From the NCBI GenBank assembly GCA_030019215.1, contig JASEEZ010000001.1, positions 84,211 through 148,210 of the forward strand: 64,000 nt of DNA, read 5' to 3'. The position numbers and the translations under genes are program-made. Under the pieces are notes generated by a model. That model ran no database searches, was not told where the DNA came from, and worked only from the letters and a program-made list of their open reading frames with translations. Of the stretch, positions 17,998 to 28,117 are shown piece by piece. The stretch comes from Actinomycetota bacterium. GTDB taxonomy: Bacteria > Actinomycetota > Aquicultoria > Subteraquimicrobiales > UBA9087. The first letter of the stretch is position 1. Each line of letters opens with the position of its first letter.

Positions 17998-18504
17998 CTA
18001 AAGCGGGGGCTCCCGAAACCGCTTAAGGTAGAAGTGCGCGTAGCCCAGAAGAAGAACCGAGACGGACGCCAGTCCAATTAGCCACCAGCGAATCCGGCGG
18101 GAGATGACCCGCAGGTCATAGCTCTTCCCCAACCTTATGAGCCAGGTGGCCTTGTTTTTCTCCACCTGATCGGCGTTGGCGTAAATTATCTGTCCGGGGG
18201 CGGTCACGCTCAAGGAGACCGGTCCGGCGACCCCCTCTGGGACGCCCGACAAATCCATCTTCAATTTGCGTTCGTAATAGACGACGAAGGCAAAATCTCG
18301 CTTGATGAACTCGCCCGAGCCCATCTCCAGGGTGTAGACCCGATCGAAGAATGAGTCGGTACTCAAGCTGACCGCGGCATCGCCAAACTGGTCGATTCCT
18401 CCCTCGACCATCTCTCGGGTATAACCCCTGGGAGCCACAACAAACAGAATTAAAAGCAGGATAAAGCTTACCCAGTATAGGATGAGTATCGTTCTTTTTC
18501 CCAT
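17998..18504 (-). CDS. Hypothetical membrane protein (two TM, LppM-like middle region)
   Basis: GGAGG RBS; VTAPGQI..NAD.....ATW. Confidence 0.65.
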   Translation of the reverse strand: MGKRTILILYWVSFILLLILFVVAPRGYTREMVEGGIDQFGDAAVSLSTDSFFDRVYTLEMGSGEFIKRDFAFVVYYERKLKMDLSGVPEGVAGPVSLSVTAPGQIIYANADQVEKNKATWLIRLGKSYDLRVISRRIRWWLIGLASVSVLLLGYAHFYLKRFREPPL

Positions 18505-18649
18505 CGCGACCTCCGAGACAAAACAATTAACTACTTATTCCACCGAAGAAGCACGAAATCCTCTTGACGGAACGGGAATGATCGATGATCTCAATCCTAG
18601 TGGCACTCTCAAAGAGACTTCAGAAAATAGTGCCCCGCCGATGGCGGGG

Positions 18650-18716
18650 GTTTTTGGGAATCTGGCCTTTGCCAAAACTAATTGTCTGCCTATGAGTTCA
18701 AAAACGCAAAAGTCTA
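18650..18716. mobile_element. MITE family 1, right-end fragment
   Basis: TCTGGCCTTTGCCAAA...AAAAACGCAAAAGTCTA matches 11557-11612 and 40188-40242. Confidence 0.75.
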
Positions 18717-18724
18717 ATTCTGAT

Positions 18725-19171
18725 TTATTTCTCTTTTTTCTCCATTAACACGCGGCACAAATCGGCCCGTCTGACTATACCCACTAACCTGCCTTCTCTT
18801 ACCACGGGGACAATTTTTTTCTTCTCCCTCACCATCAATTCCGCAAGGTGTACATCGGTATCGCCCTCGGTGACACACACAGGTTCCCTGGTCATGAAGT
18901 CCTTTACTTGGCGTTCACCAACTTGGCTTAGTCGCACATAGGTCTGAGCCCAATTGCGTATAAAAATCATGTCAACAGCTCCACCCAATTGACCAGGAAA
19001 GGCTGATTCTATTAAATCCTTTTCGGAGATAAAACCAATGACCCGCTGCTCATCATCTACTACCGGGAGCCCAGCATATCTTCCCCGGGATAAAATCCGA
19101 GCAACCTCCTCCAAAGTGGTGGTTTCAGAGACTGCCGTGAGATCCTTAGTCATTATGTCCTTAACTTTCAA
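18725..19171 (-). CDS. CBS-domain protein
   Basis: VKDIMT, GLPVVD..GFISEKD, VPVV..LVGIV.RAD. Confidence 0.9.
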   Translation of the reverse strand: MKVKDIMTKDLTAVSETTTLEEVARILSRGRYAGLPVVDDEQRVIGFISEKDLIESAFPGQLGGAVDMIFIRNWAQTYVRLSQVGERQVKDFMTREPVCVTEGDTDVHLAELMVREKKKIVPVVREGRLVGIVRRADLCRVLMEKKEK

Positions 19172-20129
19172 AACCGCTCAGCTCCTTTAACTCTATTTTA
19201 CCAAGAAACTGTTCGACCTGTTCGCGGCTTCTGACCTTCGCTTCAACCTGCAGAGTACTAGCTGCGGAAGCCGCCGCTCCAACTCTGATTGCCTCGGACA
19301 ACTCTCCATCTTGAGCCAAAACATGTGCCAGGCCCCCAATAAAGGCATCTCCCGCACCAACAATGTTAACAGCCTCCTCGAGAGGAATTGCAACCTCCCA
19401 TGCCTTATCTTGAGTCGCCACTACCTGCCCCTCTCTGGTACCACCAACAATCGCTATTTGAGCACCCTCCTTCAATATCTTTCGAGCTAATTCCACTCTT
19501 CGGGGTGTGGTATTTGGTCTTATACCCAGCAGACTATCCATCGCTCGAATATCGGGTTTAACTATAGCGGGCTGGGCTTTGATTCCCTTCAAGAGAGCTT
19601 CGCCGGAGGCATTAAGAACTGTACGGATCCCCTTCCTGCTAGCCTTATTTATCAGCTCGGCATAAATACCCGAATCAACACCTCGAGGAAGACTTCCGGA
19701 GAGCACTATCATCCCTGATCGAGAAAGTATCCTTTCGAAACGTTTTTCGAAATCCTCCAGCTCTTCCAGGAAAATCTTGGGGCCTTTCTCGTTGATTTGA
19801 GCTAGGAGTCTATTATTCCTATTCAAAACGATGTAATTGGTTCTGGTTTCACCCTCTATGTGAACAAGATCGGTAGTAATCTCGGTCTTCCAAAGCTCCT
19901 CCTGGATAAACCTACCACTCATCCCACCGATAAGCCCCATTGCCACGACATCGGTCCCCAGAGCCTGTATCGCATAAGCGGTGTTGATGCCCCCACCTCC
20001 GGGAATGGTAGCAGCCACTTCTATTCGGTTAAGCCTCTCTATTTTCCGCCCCAGAAGGACAAGCATCTTATCGACAGCAGGATTTAAGGTTACAGTTGCT
20101 ATCATCTGATACACTCCTTCGCTCGCCAA
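19161..20129 (-). CDS. 1-phosphofructokinase-family (PfkB) hexose kinase
   Basis: TVTLNPAVD, GGGGIN, LSGSLP.G, VGAGDAF; probable start at 20105. Confidence 0.88.
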   Translation of the reverse strand: MASEGVYQMIATVTLNPAVDKMLVLLGRKIERLNRIEVAATIPGGGGINTAYAIQALGTDVVAMGLIGGMSGRFIQEELWKTEITTDLVHIEGETRTNYIVLNRNNRLLAQINEKGPKIFLEELEDFEKRFERILSRSGMIVLSGSLPRGVDSGIYAELINKASRKGIRTVLNASGEALLKGIKAQPAIVKPDIRAMDSLLGIRPNTTPRRVELARKILKEGAQIAIVGGTREGQVVATQDKAWEVAIPLEEAVNIVGAGDAFIGGLAHVLAQDGELSEAIRVGAAASAASTLQVEAKVRSREQVEQFLGKIELKELSGFES

Positions 20130-20211
20130 ACTAAAGTGTGTTTGCAGTGTTCATTATTCTTCTTCTGGACAAAATAATCCTTGCCCGATATCGGGAAATT
20201 TTAAGAGCGAA

Positions 20212-21395
20212 CTACGCAGAAGCCTCTCCAGAAGCAACGAGAGCAAATCTGGTACCCATCGGTCCTATCAACTCGCAGACCGTCACCGCCGCTATCTCTA
20301 CAGCAATTATGGGTGCGGCAATCTCTGGAAATCTTGATTGAACGAGTAAGACCAAACCAATGGTCACACCGGCTTTAGAGAACATTGCAAATCCCAGATA
20401 CTTTCGCACCACCTCTGGGGCACGGGACATGTGAGCACCCATAAATGCTCCTCCCACCTTCCCTATTCCCCTCGCTACAATGTAGATCACGGCCACAAAC
20501 CAATTAGCTACTAAAATATCCAAGTGCAAACTTGCTCCGGCCAAAGCAAAGAATATTACAAAAATGGGTAACTCTATATCCTCCAAAACAGCAAATATAT
20601 GAGGATCTTCGTGCAAGTTGACGACCACGAGTCCCATGACCATGGTAACCAATAGGGCTGAAAGTTCCAACTGCTGCGAAAGCGCGCTTCCCAAAAGTGC
20701 CATTCCAATTAGGACAACCACAATTTGATGCCTATCCATAATGAATTTGAATACCCCCACCAAAACAAGGCCCAATAAGGCCCCGGCGAATATCGAACCC
20801 CCAACTTCAGCAAAAGGTGCAATCAATGTTTCTGGCAATGTTTTTGGTCCCAACTTCTCAACTCCCGAGAGCATGCCCTCTACAACCACCGCTACCAGGG
20901 AAATAGCAGGATGCAAGCAGCATCATCCAGTCCCACTACCGCCAGGAGCGTGTTGGTCAAGGGCCCTCTGGCTTTGTATTCCCGAATTACGGCGACCGGG
21001 GAGGCTGGGGCCGTGGCCGAGGCCATTGCCCCAAGCAACAAGCAAATTGGGAGCGGGATTCCGAGAATAAACCTGGTGACAAAAAACACCACCACAAAAG
21101 CCCCGAAAACCTGAACGATGGTGATGACCAAAACACTTTTTCCAAGCTCTCTCAGTCCCTTAAAGTGCAACTCACCGCCGATGACAAGCGCAATTAGCCC
21201 CAGCCCCAATACTTTTACGAACTCCAGGCTTTCATTTAGGTGAGTTGTTATTATGTTTGTTACGGAAGGACCCAAGAGGATCCCCACAATGATATAGCCA
21301 GTAACCGCGGGGATCTTGAACTTTCTGGATATCCTTCCACCAATGAAACCGGCCAGTAACAGTATGCCGAGTCCGGTAACCAGATCTGGAGGCAT
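20212..21395 (-). pseudogene. Cation:proton antiporter split by a frameshift near 20900
   Basis: Two overlapping ORFs (ATAPAS..VIREY.A.GPL...LDDA; CELIGP) join if one T is restored in CTATTTCCCTGG. Confidence 0.8.
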
Positions 21396-21472
21396 TTATA
21401 AACTTCCACCACCTCAAAGAGCGTCTTTTCGCTTCTCTGAAAAGGAAACTCAAAACCGCGATTAATAAATTC

Positions 21473-21743
21473 GGACTGTTAACAAGTTTGGTTTACACCC
21501 CACCGTTGGTGACGTGAGGACCATGTGTCGAGAAGACCGTGTCGGAGCCCCGCCAGAAAAAGTCCCATAAAACCAGAAGTCCGCGGCGGGGCGAGACCCG
21601 AGCGGCCACGAAGGACTCGTTTCACTCGCCAACGGGGTAAACGGCCGTAACCGCGCTTGCCCCGTAGACGCGACAGCGTTCTTCGGGGTGTTTTCGGAGC
21701 ACTTCACCCCGACCATAGTGTCAACTCATCTTGTCGATAATCC
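21473..21743. mobile_element. MITE family 2, copy A
   Basis: First about 85 nt nearly identical to 37100-37185; imperfect TIR GGACTGTTAACAAG / CTTGTCGATAATCC. Confidence 0.8.
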
Positions 21744-21790
21744 AATATTTCTTATTCGATAACCAGCGACATTTTCCTTGATTTATCCTT

Positions 21791-23309
21791 TTAATCGGCT
21801 CCCTTTCTCTCCCCAAAACAGTAAAAATGTCCGTTCCTGGCGCCCACAAATATCTTGCCTTTCCAGACCACGGGAGTAGACTCGATAACGGCCCCGCCTG
21901 GAATTCTTGCCTCCCACACTTCTTTCGGTTCCACCCGTGGGTTTTTCACATCGTAGGCCCGAACGTACCCCCCAGCATCGCAGGTGATTAAAACATCGTC
22001 CACGACCGCGGGCGAGCTCCAAAAATGCGGGGGAAACTCCTTCTTCCAGAGGACCTCCCCTGTCTTCGCATCAACTGCCAGCAGATCGCCTGGATTAGTG
22101 GGCACGAAAAGGACACCCCTATGCAAAGCGGGCGTGGCCCAAACGCCTCCTTTAGCCTTGCCCCTCGCCGGCACACTGATTGACCAGACGACTGGGTTCT
22201 CGGACTTTTCGGGATCGAGTTTAACCACCTGGCCCAACTCCAGCGCCCGCGAGAGACCTCTTTCAAGTTCGGCGCAGACGTAAAGCTTGCCCTCATCATC
22301 AATGACCACTGAGGCATCAACATCGTCCCCCATCCAGAATTCGAATCTGACCGGAAATTCCCCCCACCCTTCCTTCAGGCCACCGATGTCGATCCCGTAG
22401 ACCATGCCCCCGCCATTGGCAAAATAAACCGTATCGCCGAAAAGAGCAGGGGAGTTCTCGATGCTCACGTTGCGATCTCTAATCTTTCGAAAGAGGTCAC
22501 GGTCAAAAGCGGGAAAGTCGAGGAGAATCTCCGGCTCGACCCCGACCTTGCCTTCAACGTCGTATCCGCGGTTGAGCTTGATGATGAAAAAGTGGCTGTT
22601 CTCTCCCCCCTCGAAGAGATGGTCGTCGAGAATCAGTGGACAGCAGTCCCAGTCGTCATTCCAGACCCTGTTTTTGACGGAATAGGCAGAGAGCTTCCAG
22701 AGCAAGGTGGGAGAATCGTGATCAAGGGCCACGATGCGGAAGTGGTTGTCGCGGGAGCCAAAATAGATCAGTGGATAGCCGTCGGGGTCAAAGGCCACCG
22801 AGCCCTTTATGATGTCACCGGTCTGAAAGGGCTTTAAAATGTCCTTTCCGGTTTCAGCATTCACAAAATGGACCGCTCCATCAAAAGCCCCAAAAATAAC
22901 CCACGTCTTATCTTCCCACTCCACAATCACCGGCTGACCCGTCCAACCCGTGCCCGCCCAACGTTTCGTCTCGGTTTTCAACGAGGAAAGGGAGCTCATC
23001 GGTTCGCCTACTGGATAGCTCCAAAGGATCTCCGGACTTCGCGGGACGGGGCCTTGACCGTAAAAGGTGTTGGTCGAATTACCTCGGAACCTCAAAACAC
23101 CCCTTACCGCCGGCGTTGTTTCTTCCCTCTCTTCTTTTTTGGCTGGAAAGGATTGGTCCCCCGCCGACGGCGGGGTCGTCTCCTCAATGACCTCGGGTTG
23201 AGAAGGTGGCTCCCGAGATGGTTTTTTGCTTTGAAAAGTAAAGGCAAGGAGAGAGAAGAGCAACGAAGACGACAAAGATACCCAGGCAAATCCACTTGAG
23301 GTTTTTCAC
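21791..23309 (-). CDS. PQQ-like beta-propeller exported protein; N-terminal anchor appears frameshifted
   Basis: FRGN..FYG, WTGQP, ATPA/SSPA/STPV repeats; RBS plus GTG 23309 encodes hydrophobic MKNLKWICLGIFVVFVALLS in a different frame from the main ORF (to 23275). Confidence 0.75.
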
Positions 23310-23345
23310 CTCAAGTTCTCCTTTCTGCCGATTGTCGGTATCCGC

Positions 23346-24017
23346 TCAACATCTGGCTGCTCTAGTTTTCACGTGCCTGACAAACCAATCTGCCGCAAGT
23401 CTTGCAACTTCTTCGAGCGCTCCTGGTTCTTCAAAGAGATGGGTAGCCCCCGGAACAATTACAAGCTCCTTTTCCGTATGGAGTTCCTCATAGGCCCGCT
23501 GGTTGAGCTCGATTACAGGCTCATCAAAACCCCCGACGATAAGAAGAGTCGGAGCCTTTACCTTTGGAAGATAAGGCATTGCTAAATCCGGGCGCCCGCC
23601 ACGAGAAACAATGGCAAAGACTGAGGTGTCCATTGCCGCGGCTTGTAAAGCAGCCGCGGCTCCCGTACTCGCCCCAAAATAGCCAATTCGCAAACTTTCA
23701 CTTTGAGGTTGATTTTTTAGCCAGCCGGTGGCCAAGATGAGCCGATTTGTAAGAAGATCGATATCGAAACGGGTTGAATAAACCAAATCTTCCTCTTCGG
23801 TGAGGAGGTCAAAAAGGAGGGTTCCAATGCCGGTCTCTCGCAAAACGCTGGCCACAAAGTTGTTTCTCGGGCTAAATCGGTCGCTACCGCTCCCGTGGGC
23901 AAAGAGCACAACGCCTTTTGCTCTCTCGGGCAAACTCAACATACCCTCAAGAAATTCAGAATCGATGGGGATTTTCACTAATTGTTCCCGGCTACCGGGA
24001 GCTCTTTTCTCTGCCAT
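23346..24017 (-). CDS. Dienelactone hydrolase-family alpha/beta hydrolase
   Basis: FAHGSGS.R.SPRN, GYFGASTG, VSRGGRPD, GATHLFEE. Confidence 0.9.
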   Translation of the reverse strand: MAEKRAPGSREQLVKIPIDSEFLEGMLSLPERAKGVVLFAHGSGSDRFSPRNNFVASVLRETGIGTLLFDLLTEEEDLVYSTRFDIDLLTNRLILATGWLKNQPQSESLRIGYFGASTGAAAALQAAAMDTSVFAIVSRGGRPDLAMPYLPKVKAPTLLIVGGFDEPVIELNQRAYEELHTEKELVIVPGATHLFEEPGALEEVARLAADWFVRHVKTRAARC

Positions 24018-24403
24018 AATATGCCCCTTTGAATATTTCCTTAATTAAAGAATAGGTCACTGCAAAGCAGAGTTCAAGGACCTTTAAATCTGCTAAAAAC
24101 CAGATAATTTACCATTTTTATATCTTTTTTGCTCCAAGCTAATTTTGCTCCCACAGAGCTTGTTTGAGAAGAGGTGGATCAAAGAAAAAGCAAAAAGAAG
24201 AATTTGGGGATGATTTGGCCGATGAGCCAGGGGACAAATTTGCAATTATGCCTGCCCGCCACTGCGAGGCACAAGCAGGCGGGACTTATCTTTTGCAAGC
24301 TTACAGGCCTGTGCAGTGTCGGGCACCATTTTCAGGGAATAAATGCTAAAATTTTGCTGAGAAAAATACCAACAGGCAGACAAGATGTTCGGGAAGGCTA
24401 AAA

Positions 24404-24799
24404 ATGATTTACTCGGTGCCGGCAGCAATAGTTGCTATTTTCCATGGTTTAGTTGTAGTGGTTCTTTTTGTCGGAGTCTTTTTCGCCTTGCTTAATAAAC
24501 TAAAAAGGTGGCCAGTTCTGGAAAAAACTTATTTATCCTTCGCCGTTTTAATGATTGTCTCTTATGTTTTTACCGGCGGTTGTTACCTGACGAATATCGA
24601 ACAGTGGCTGTGGAGAAAAGCTCACTCGCCCTTTGCCTATTCTGGCGGCTGTATTTCTCACTACCTCGGCTTGGTCAGAATTAAAGTAGATGACGACAGT
24701 GTTTACTGGGTGTTAGTTTCCAGTCTGATTCTCGGTTTAGGTTCTTATATCCTTCGGTATTGTCTGATGAGATTAAGGAGCAGTAAGCAGCGGGACTAA
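24404..24799 (+). CDS. DUF2784-like membrane protein
   Basis: H in TM1, GCYLTNIEQWL, Y.GGCISHY. Confidence 0.7.
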   Translation: MIYSVPAAIVAIFHGLVVVVLFVGVFFALLNKLKRWPVLEKTYLSFAVLMIVSYVFTGGCYLTNIEQWLWRKAHSPFAYSGGCISHYLGLVRIKVDDDSVYWVLVSSLILGLGSYILRYCLMRLRSSKQRD

Positions 24800-25279
24800 G
24801 GCCAGAGCATTTTGATCTCTTCTTTGGGTGAGGCTGTAGAGTTTGTAGAGGATTTGGTCGATGAGCCAGCTGGTTTGTCAAATCGTTCAAACCCGACCCC
24901 CTAACTCTACATACCGTAAGCCACGAAAAGGCTGGATAAAAACCACGTGACTTGTATAAACCATTGGATACAGTATGGAACCGAAGGTTTTCTGGTCCGC
25001 AAGTGCGGAAGGGGCGGCAGCAACAAAGCCAGGCCTTGATCCAGATGGGTGACTGGTGCAGTACGTCGCTGACACCGAGACTCTAAAGAAATAACGGGAG
25101 CGGTAAATGTCTTGTCAACATATATTGGGTAAGACTTGCAGGTGATAGAGAGTCGCTTATCGCTATGGGATATTTTTTGCTCTTGACAGGAGCCTTTTAA
25201 TGGGCGACCCCTTCAGGTTCGGGTTCAGGTTAAACATAAACGCATCATATAACAGTACCAGTTAAGTGGGAATCACCTT

Positions 25280-25319
25280 AAACAAAAAAGACTGCAGCTT
25301 GTGCAGTCTTTTTTGTTTT
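25280..25319. terminator. Bidirectional terminator after the RRM gene
   Basis: AAACAAAAAAGACTGCA-GCTTG-TGCAGTCTTTTTTGTTT. Confidence 0.8.
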
Positions 25320-25333
25320 GAACGCGAAGATAT

Positions 25334-25642
25334 CTAATATCTTCGCGGGCGGTAGCCGCCTTCCCTGTAGCCACGAGCTCCAGCCGGCCGTTCCTCGCGG
25401 GGCCTGGCTACACTGACATTAAGTTTGCGTCCTTCAAGCTCAGTATCATTCAGTTTCTCGATAGCTGCTTTGGCAGCCTCGTCGCTTTGCATCTCGATAA
25501 AACCGAAACCTTTGCTTCTACCGGTATGGCGGTCGGTGATCAGCGTCACTGATTCAACTGGCCCGACTTCAGAAAAGAGCTCACGCAGCTGCTCCTCGGT
25601 CGTATTGTATGATAGATTCCCGACATATAGCTTAGTTGCCAT
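25334..25642 (-). CDS. RRM RNA-binding protein
   Basis: RNP2 LYVGNL, RNP1 KGFGFIEM; AAAGGAGG RBS before ATG 25642; long 5' leader. Confidence 0.95.
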   Translation of the reverse strand: MATKLYVGNLSYNTTEEQLRELFSEVGPVESVTLITDRHTGRSKGFGFIEMQSDEAAKAAIEKLNDTELEGRKLNVSVARPREERPAGARGYREGGYRPRRY

Positions 25643-25794
25643 TCGAATTTCCTCCTTTCTCATAAATGAATTAATGCAGCCCAATGTAGAAGGCCTGAAG
25701 ACACTCGACGGAACTAAGACGCGGAACCTAGAGGATCAGCTTACGGCCAAATCATTAGCTCTGCACGAAAACCTACGATGTTATTATATCAGAG

Positions 25795-25943
25795 TTTGAC
25801 CCCCAAGAGCAACTAGTTGCTCTTGGGTCTTGTCTTGGGTCTTGGGGGTCATGTCTTGGGGGTCAAGTCTTGAATTGTCTTGGGGGTCATCTTGGGGGTC
25901 ATGAATCTCTTCTCTTGTCTTCTCTTGGGGGTCAAGTCTTGAA
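25795..25943. repeat. Scrambled array of RAYT end-sequence fragments
   Basis: Repeated TCTTGGGGGTCA / GTCTTGAATT pieces and palindrome CCCAAGAGCAACTAGTTGCTCTTGGG. Confidence 0.8.
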
Positions 25944-26860
25944 TTATCACTTTTCTGCGCTCGCTCCTCTATCGCTTTATCACTTTGCTAATAGTAGTAT
26001 AGTGTAGGCCTAGAAAGTCAGCAATTTCTTTCAAGGTGTAACCGTATTTCAGAGCAGCTTCGCGGATAATCTGGTTTCTCTGTTGTTTACCGCTTAACTC
26101 TTTCGACCCGAATAGCTTCCCTAGAGACGGTCTGGCAAGATATCTTTGGTTACGGGGAATCTCCTTTATGTTTTCTTTTCCCCAAAGCCTTTCTTTAAGC
26201 TCACCCATGAAGGCCTCGCTTCCCAAAAAGATCTGGCCTTTTACGCTGTCCCATGGGTTCTCCTCTTCAGAGGATAAAACAAATTCACGATATCTCTTCT
26301 GAGCAGTACTTTTCTCCTTTGCGAATTGGGCTAAGATCCAATCAACACTGAGATACTTGGCTGGTTTCCTAAAACCAGCCGTCTCCAAATAGCTACTCCA
26401 TTCATAATCTTCGGGACTCTCGACAAGTCTTGCCCGAACTGGATTAAGAACAATGTATCGAGAAAGAGATAGGAGATGGCTTTCTTTTTCCACCAAAATA
26501 GCTTTGTATCTTCCCTGAAAGACGTGGCCAACCCGATGGTTAACCTTGTTGAAGCGCTGGGTGTAGAGCCCGTTGAGGTGTCTCATCCCCTTAGAGAGGT
26601 TTCCTTCGGGGGTTTCAATTATGAGGTGATAGTGGTTGCCCATCAGACAGTAGGCGTGGCAAAGAAAGTTAAAACATCCAACAGTTAAAGAAAGAATGGT
26701 AAGGAAAAGCCGGCGATCCTCGCTGGAGAGAAAAATATCTTCTCTCGCGTTTCCTCGTGAGGTTATGTGATAGACGGCTCCAGGATACTCAAGGCGTAGT
26801 GGTCTAGCCATTTGAAATAGAGCTTAACAAAGAAAATCTTATATTTCAAGACCTGACCCC
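25928..26860 (-). mobile_element. RAYT element bounded by 16-bp inverted repeats
   Basis: GGGGTCAAGTCTTGAA (25928) and TTCAAGACCTGACCCC (26845), 15/16 complementary. Confidence 0.8.
25969..26811 (-). CDS. REP-associated tyrosine (Y1/HUH) transposase with C-terminal HTH
   Basis: MARPLR..YPGAVYHITSRGN, YCLMGNHYH, FQGRYKA, YIVLNPVRA, WSSY. Confidence 0.93.
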   Translation of the reverse strand: MARPLRLEYPGAVYHITSRGNAREDIFLSSEDRRLFLTILSLTVGCFNFLCHAYCLMGNHYHLIIETPEGNLSKGMRHLNGLYTQRFNKVNHRVGHVFQGRYKAILVEKESHLLSLSRYIVLNPVRARLVESPEDYEWSSYLETAGFRKPAKYLSVDWILAQFAKEKSTAQKRYREFVLSSEEENPWDSVKGQIFLGSEAFMGELKERLWGKENIKEIPRNQRYLARPSLGKLFGSKELSGKQQRNQIIREAALKYGYTLKEIADFLGLHYTTISKVIKR

Positions 26861-26880
26861 TACCAACCAACTGCAAATAC

Positions 26881-26911
26881 AAATAAACCCCGCCATTGGC
26901 GGGGTTTATTT
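26881..26911. terminator. Terminator after tRNA-Arg, built on CCCCGCCATTGGCGGGG
   Basis: AAATAAACCCCGCCATTGGCGGGGTTTATTT. Confidence 0.75.
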
Positions 26912-26915
26912 GTAG

Positions 26916-26988
26916 TGCGCTTGACAGGATTCGAACCTGCGACCTTGAGGTCCGGAGCCCCACGCTCTATCCCCTGAGCTACAAGCGC
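26916..26988 (-). tRNA. tRNA-Arg(CCG), CCA not encoded
   Basis: GCGCTTG acceptor stem, TAGCTCAG..GATAGAGC, anticodon loop CT-CCG-GA, GGTTCGAATCC. Confidence 0.95.
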
Positions 26989-26994
26989 AAACCC

Positions 26995-27681
26995 TTAGCG
27001 CTTCCCCCTCTTTCCTTTGGGGGCAAGCGATACCTTTATCGTTTTGACCCATCGCGAAAAGGTGGGGGTCAACTCCACCACAGGTTGTTCTTTAACCATC
27101 AGTACCGGCACGTCCTTCAACTGAGAAAACAAGACATCTTTTACATTTGCCTTCAGCAAGTTGGCCATCTTCTTGGGCGCATAAAATTCCAGCCCGATGG
27201 CTATACAGACAAGCTCTCTCTCCTCCTCTTTCACCTCTTTTGCCTCTTCCGCTTCCTTTTCTTCTTTTATCTCTTCGACTTCCTTCTCCTCTTCTATCTC
27301 TTCAACCTCTTCGACTTCCTCAACTTCTTTTACCTCTTCCTCCGCCTTCATCTCGGCAATTTTCTCCCGCTCTCTCACACGTTCCTTCTCCACCTCGACT
27401 ATGCCCAAATACCTTTGGATGTTCAAAATAGAACCCTCGGTTGCTCGAAAATGTCGCACGTCTTTAAGGGAAAAGCTCCCCTCCTTGGATTTGGGAAGAG
27501 ATTTATCTCCCTCCTTGGTATATTCAAACATTATCGTGCTCTCTCCAAAATCTTCATCCACGGCAAATTCTTTAACGGTTCCAAAGTAACTTCGACCGCT
27601 CTTGAGATACAAATCTCCCCGATCACACTCTTTAAAAAATTCCCTGAACTTCTTTTCATACCATTTCATGGCCGTCTCCAA
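26995..27681 (-). CDS. Hypothetical protein with Glu-rich central low-complexity linker
   Basis: 228-aa ORF collinear with neighbours; EEV/EEK repeats. Confidence 0.7.
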   Translation of the reverse strand: METAMKWYEKKFREFFKECDRGDLYLKSGRSYFGTVKEFAVDEDFGESTIMFEYTKEGDKSLPKSKEGSFSLKDVRHFRATEGSILNIQRYLGIVEVEKERVREREKIAEMKAEEEVKEVEEVEEVEEIEEEKEVEEIKEEKEAEEAKEVKEEERELVCIAIGLEFYAPKKMANLLKANVKDVLFSQLKDVPVLMVKEQPVVELTPTFSRWVKTIKVSLAPKGKRGKR

Positions 27682-27692
27682 TGAAGTTCCAA

Positions 27693-27992
27693 CTAATAAT
27701 ATCTGATATGGAAGGAGTCGAACTCGCCTTTATCGTAGGGCTCCCACTGGACTTTCACATCGGTAACGTAGGCTCCCGGCGGACCCAGACGACACCAATC
27801 GATCATCCGATGGACATCCTTCTCTTCCCCCTCCAAAACGGCTTCAACCTGCCCATCGGGGCAGTTTCTCACCCAACCGGTGATGCCTAGGCTTTCAGCC
27901 TGACGACGAGTGTATGAACGGAAATAAACTCCCTGAACTCTGCCCTCCACCCGGACATGAGCTCGGACCCTGCTCAATCGTTCAACCTCCAA
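27693..27992 (-). CDS. acyP: Acylphosphatase
   Basis: [27 protein letters not shown]. Confidence 0.95.
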   Translation of the reverse strand: MEVERLSRVRAHVRVEGRVQGVYFRSYTRRQAESLGITGWVRNCPDGQVEAVLEGEEKDVHRMIDWCRLGPPGAYVTDVKVQWEPYDKGEFDSFHIRYY

Positions 27993-28117
27993 GATCCCTC
28001 AGCTATAAGCTTACTAGAAAAACTTCGAATATCAAATTCTTCGGAAGATCGCTCATTTCCTCTTTCCAAGAATGATTTGGCAGAGGATGAGGCCGAAAAT
28101 TCTTGACGCAGGGAAGA

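Noticed and set aside
24800-25270. Possible ncRNA or gene in the long intergenic gap
   Set aside because: No convincing ORF, promoter spacing or recognisable RNA motif by eye
27147-27589. Ser/Thr- or Pro/Leu-rich plus-strand ORFs
   Set aside because: Antisense to the Glu-rich linker of 26995-27681
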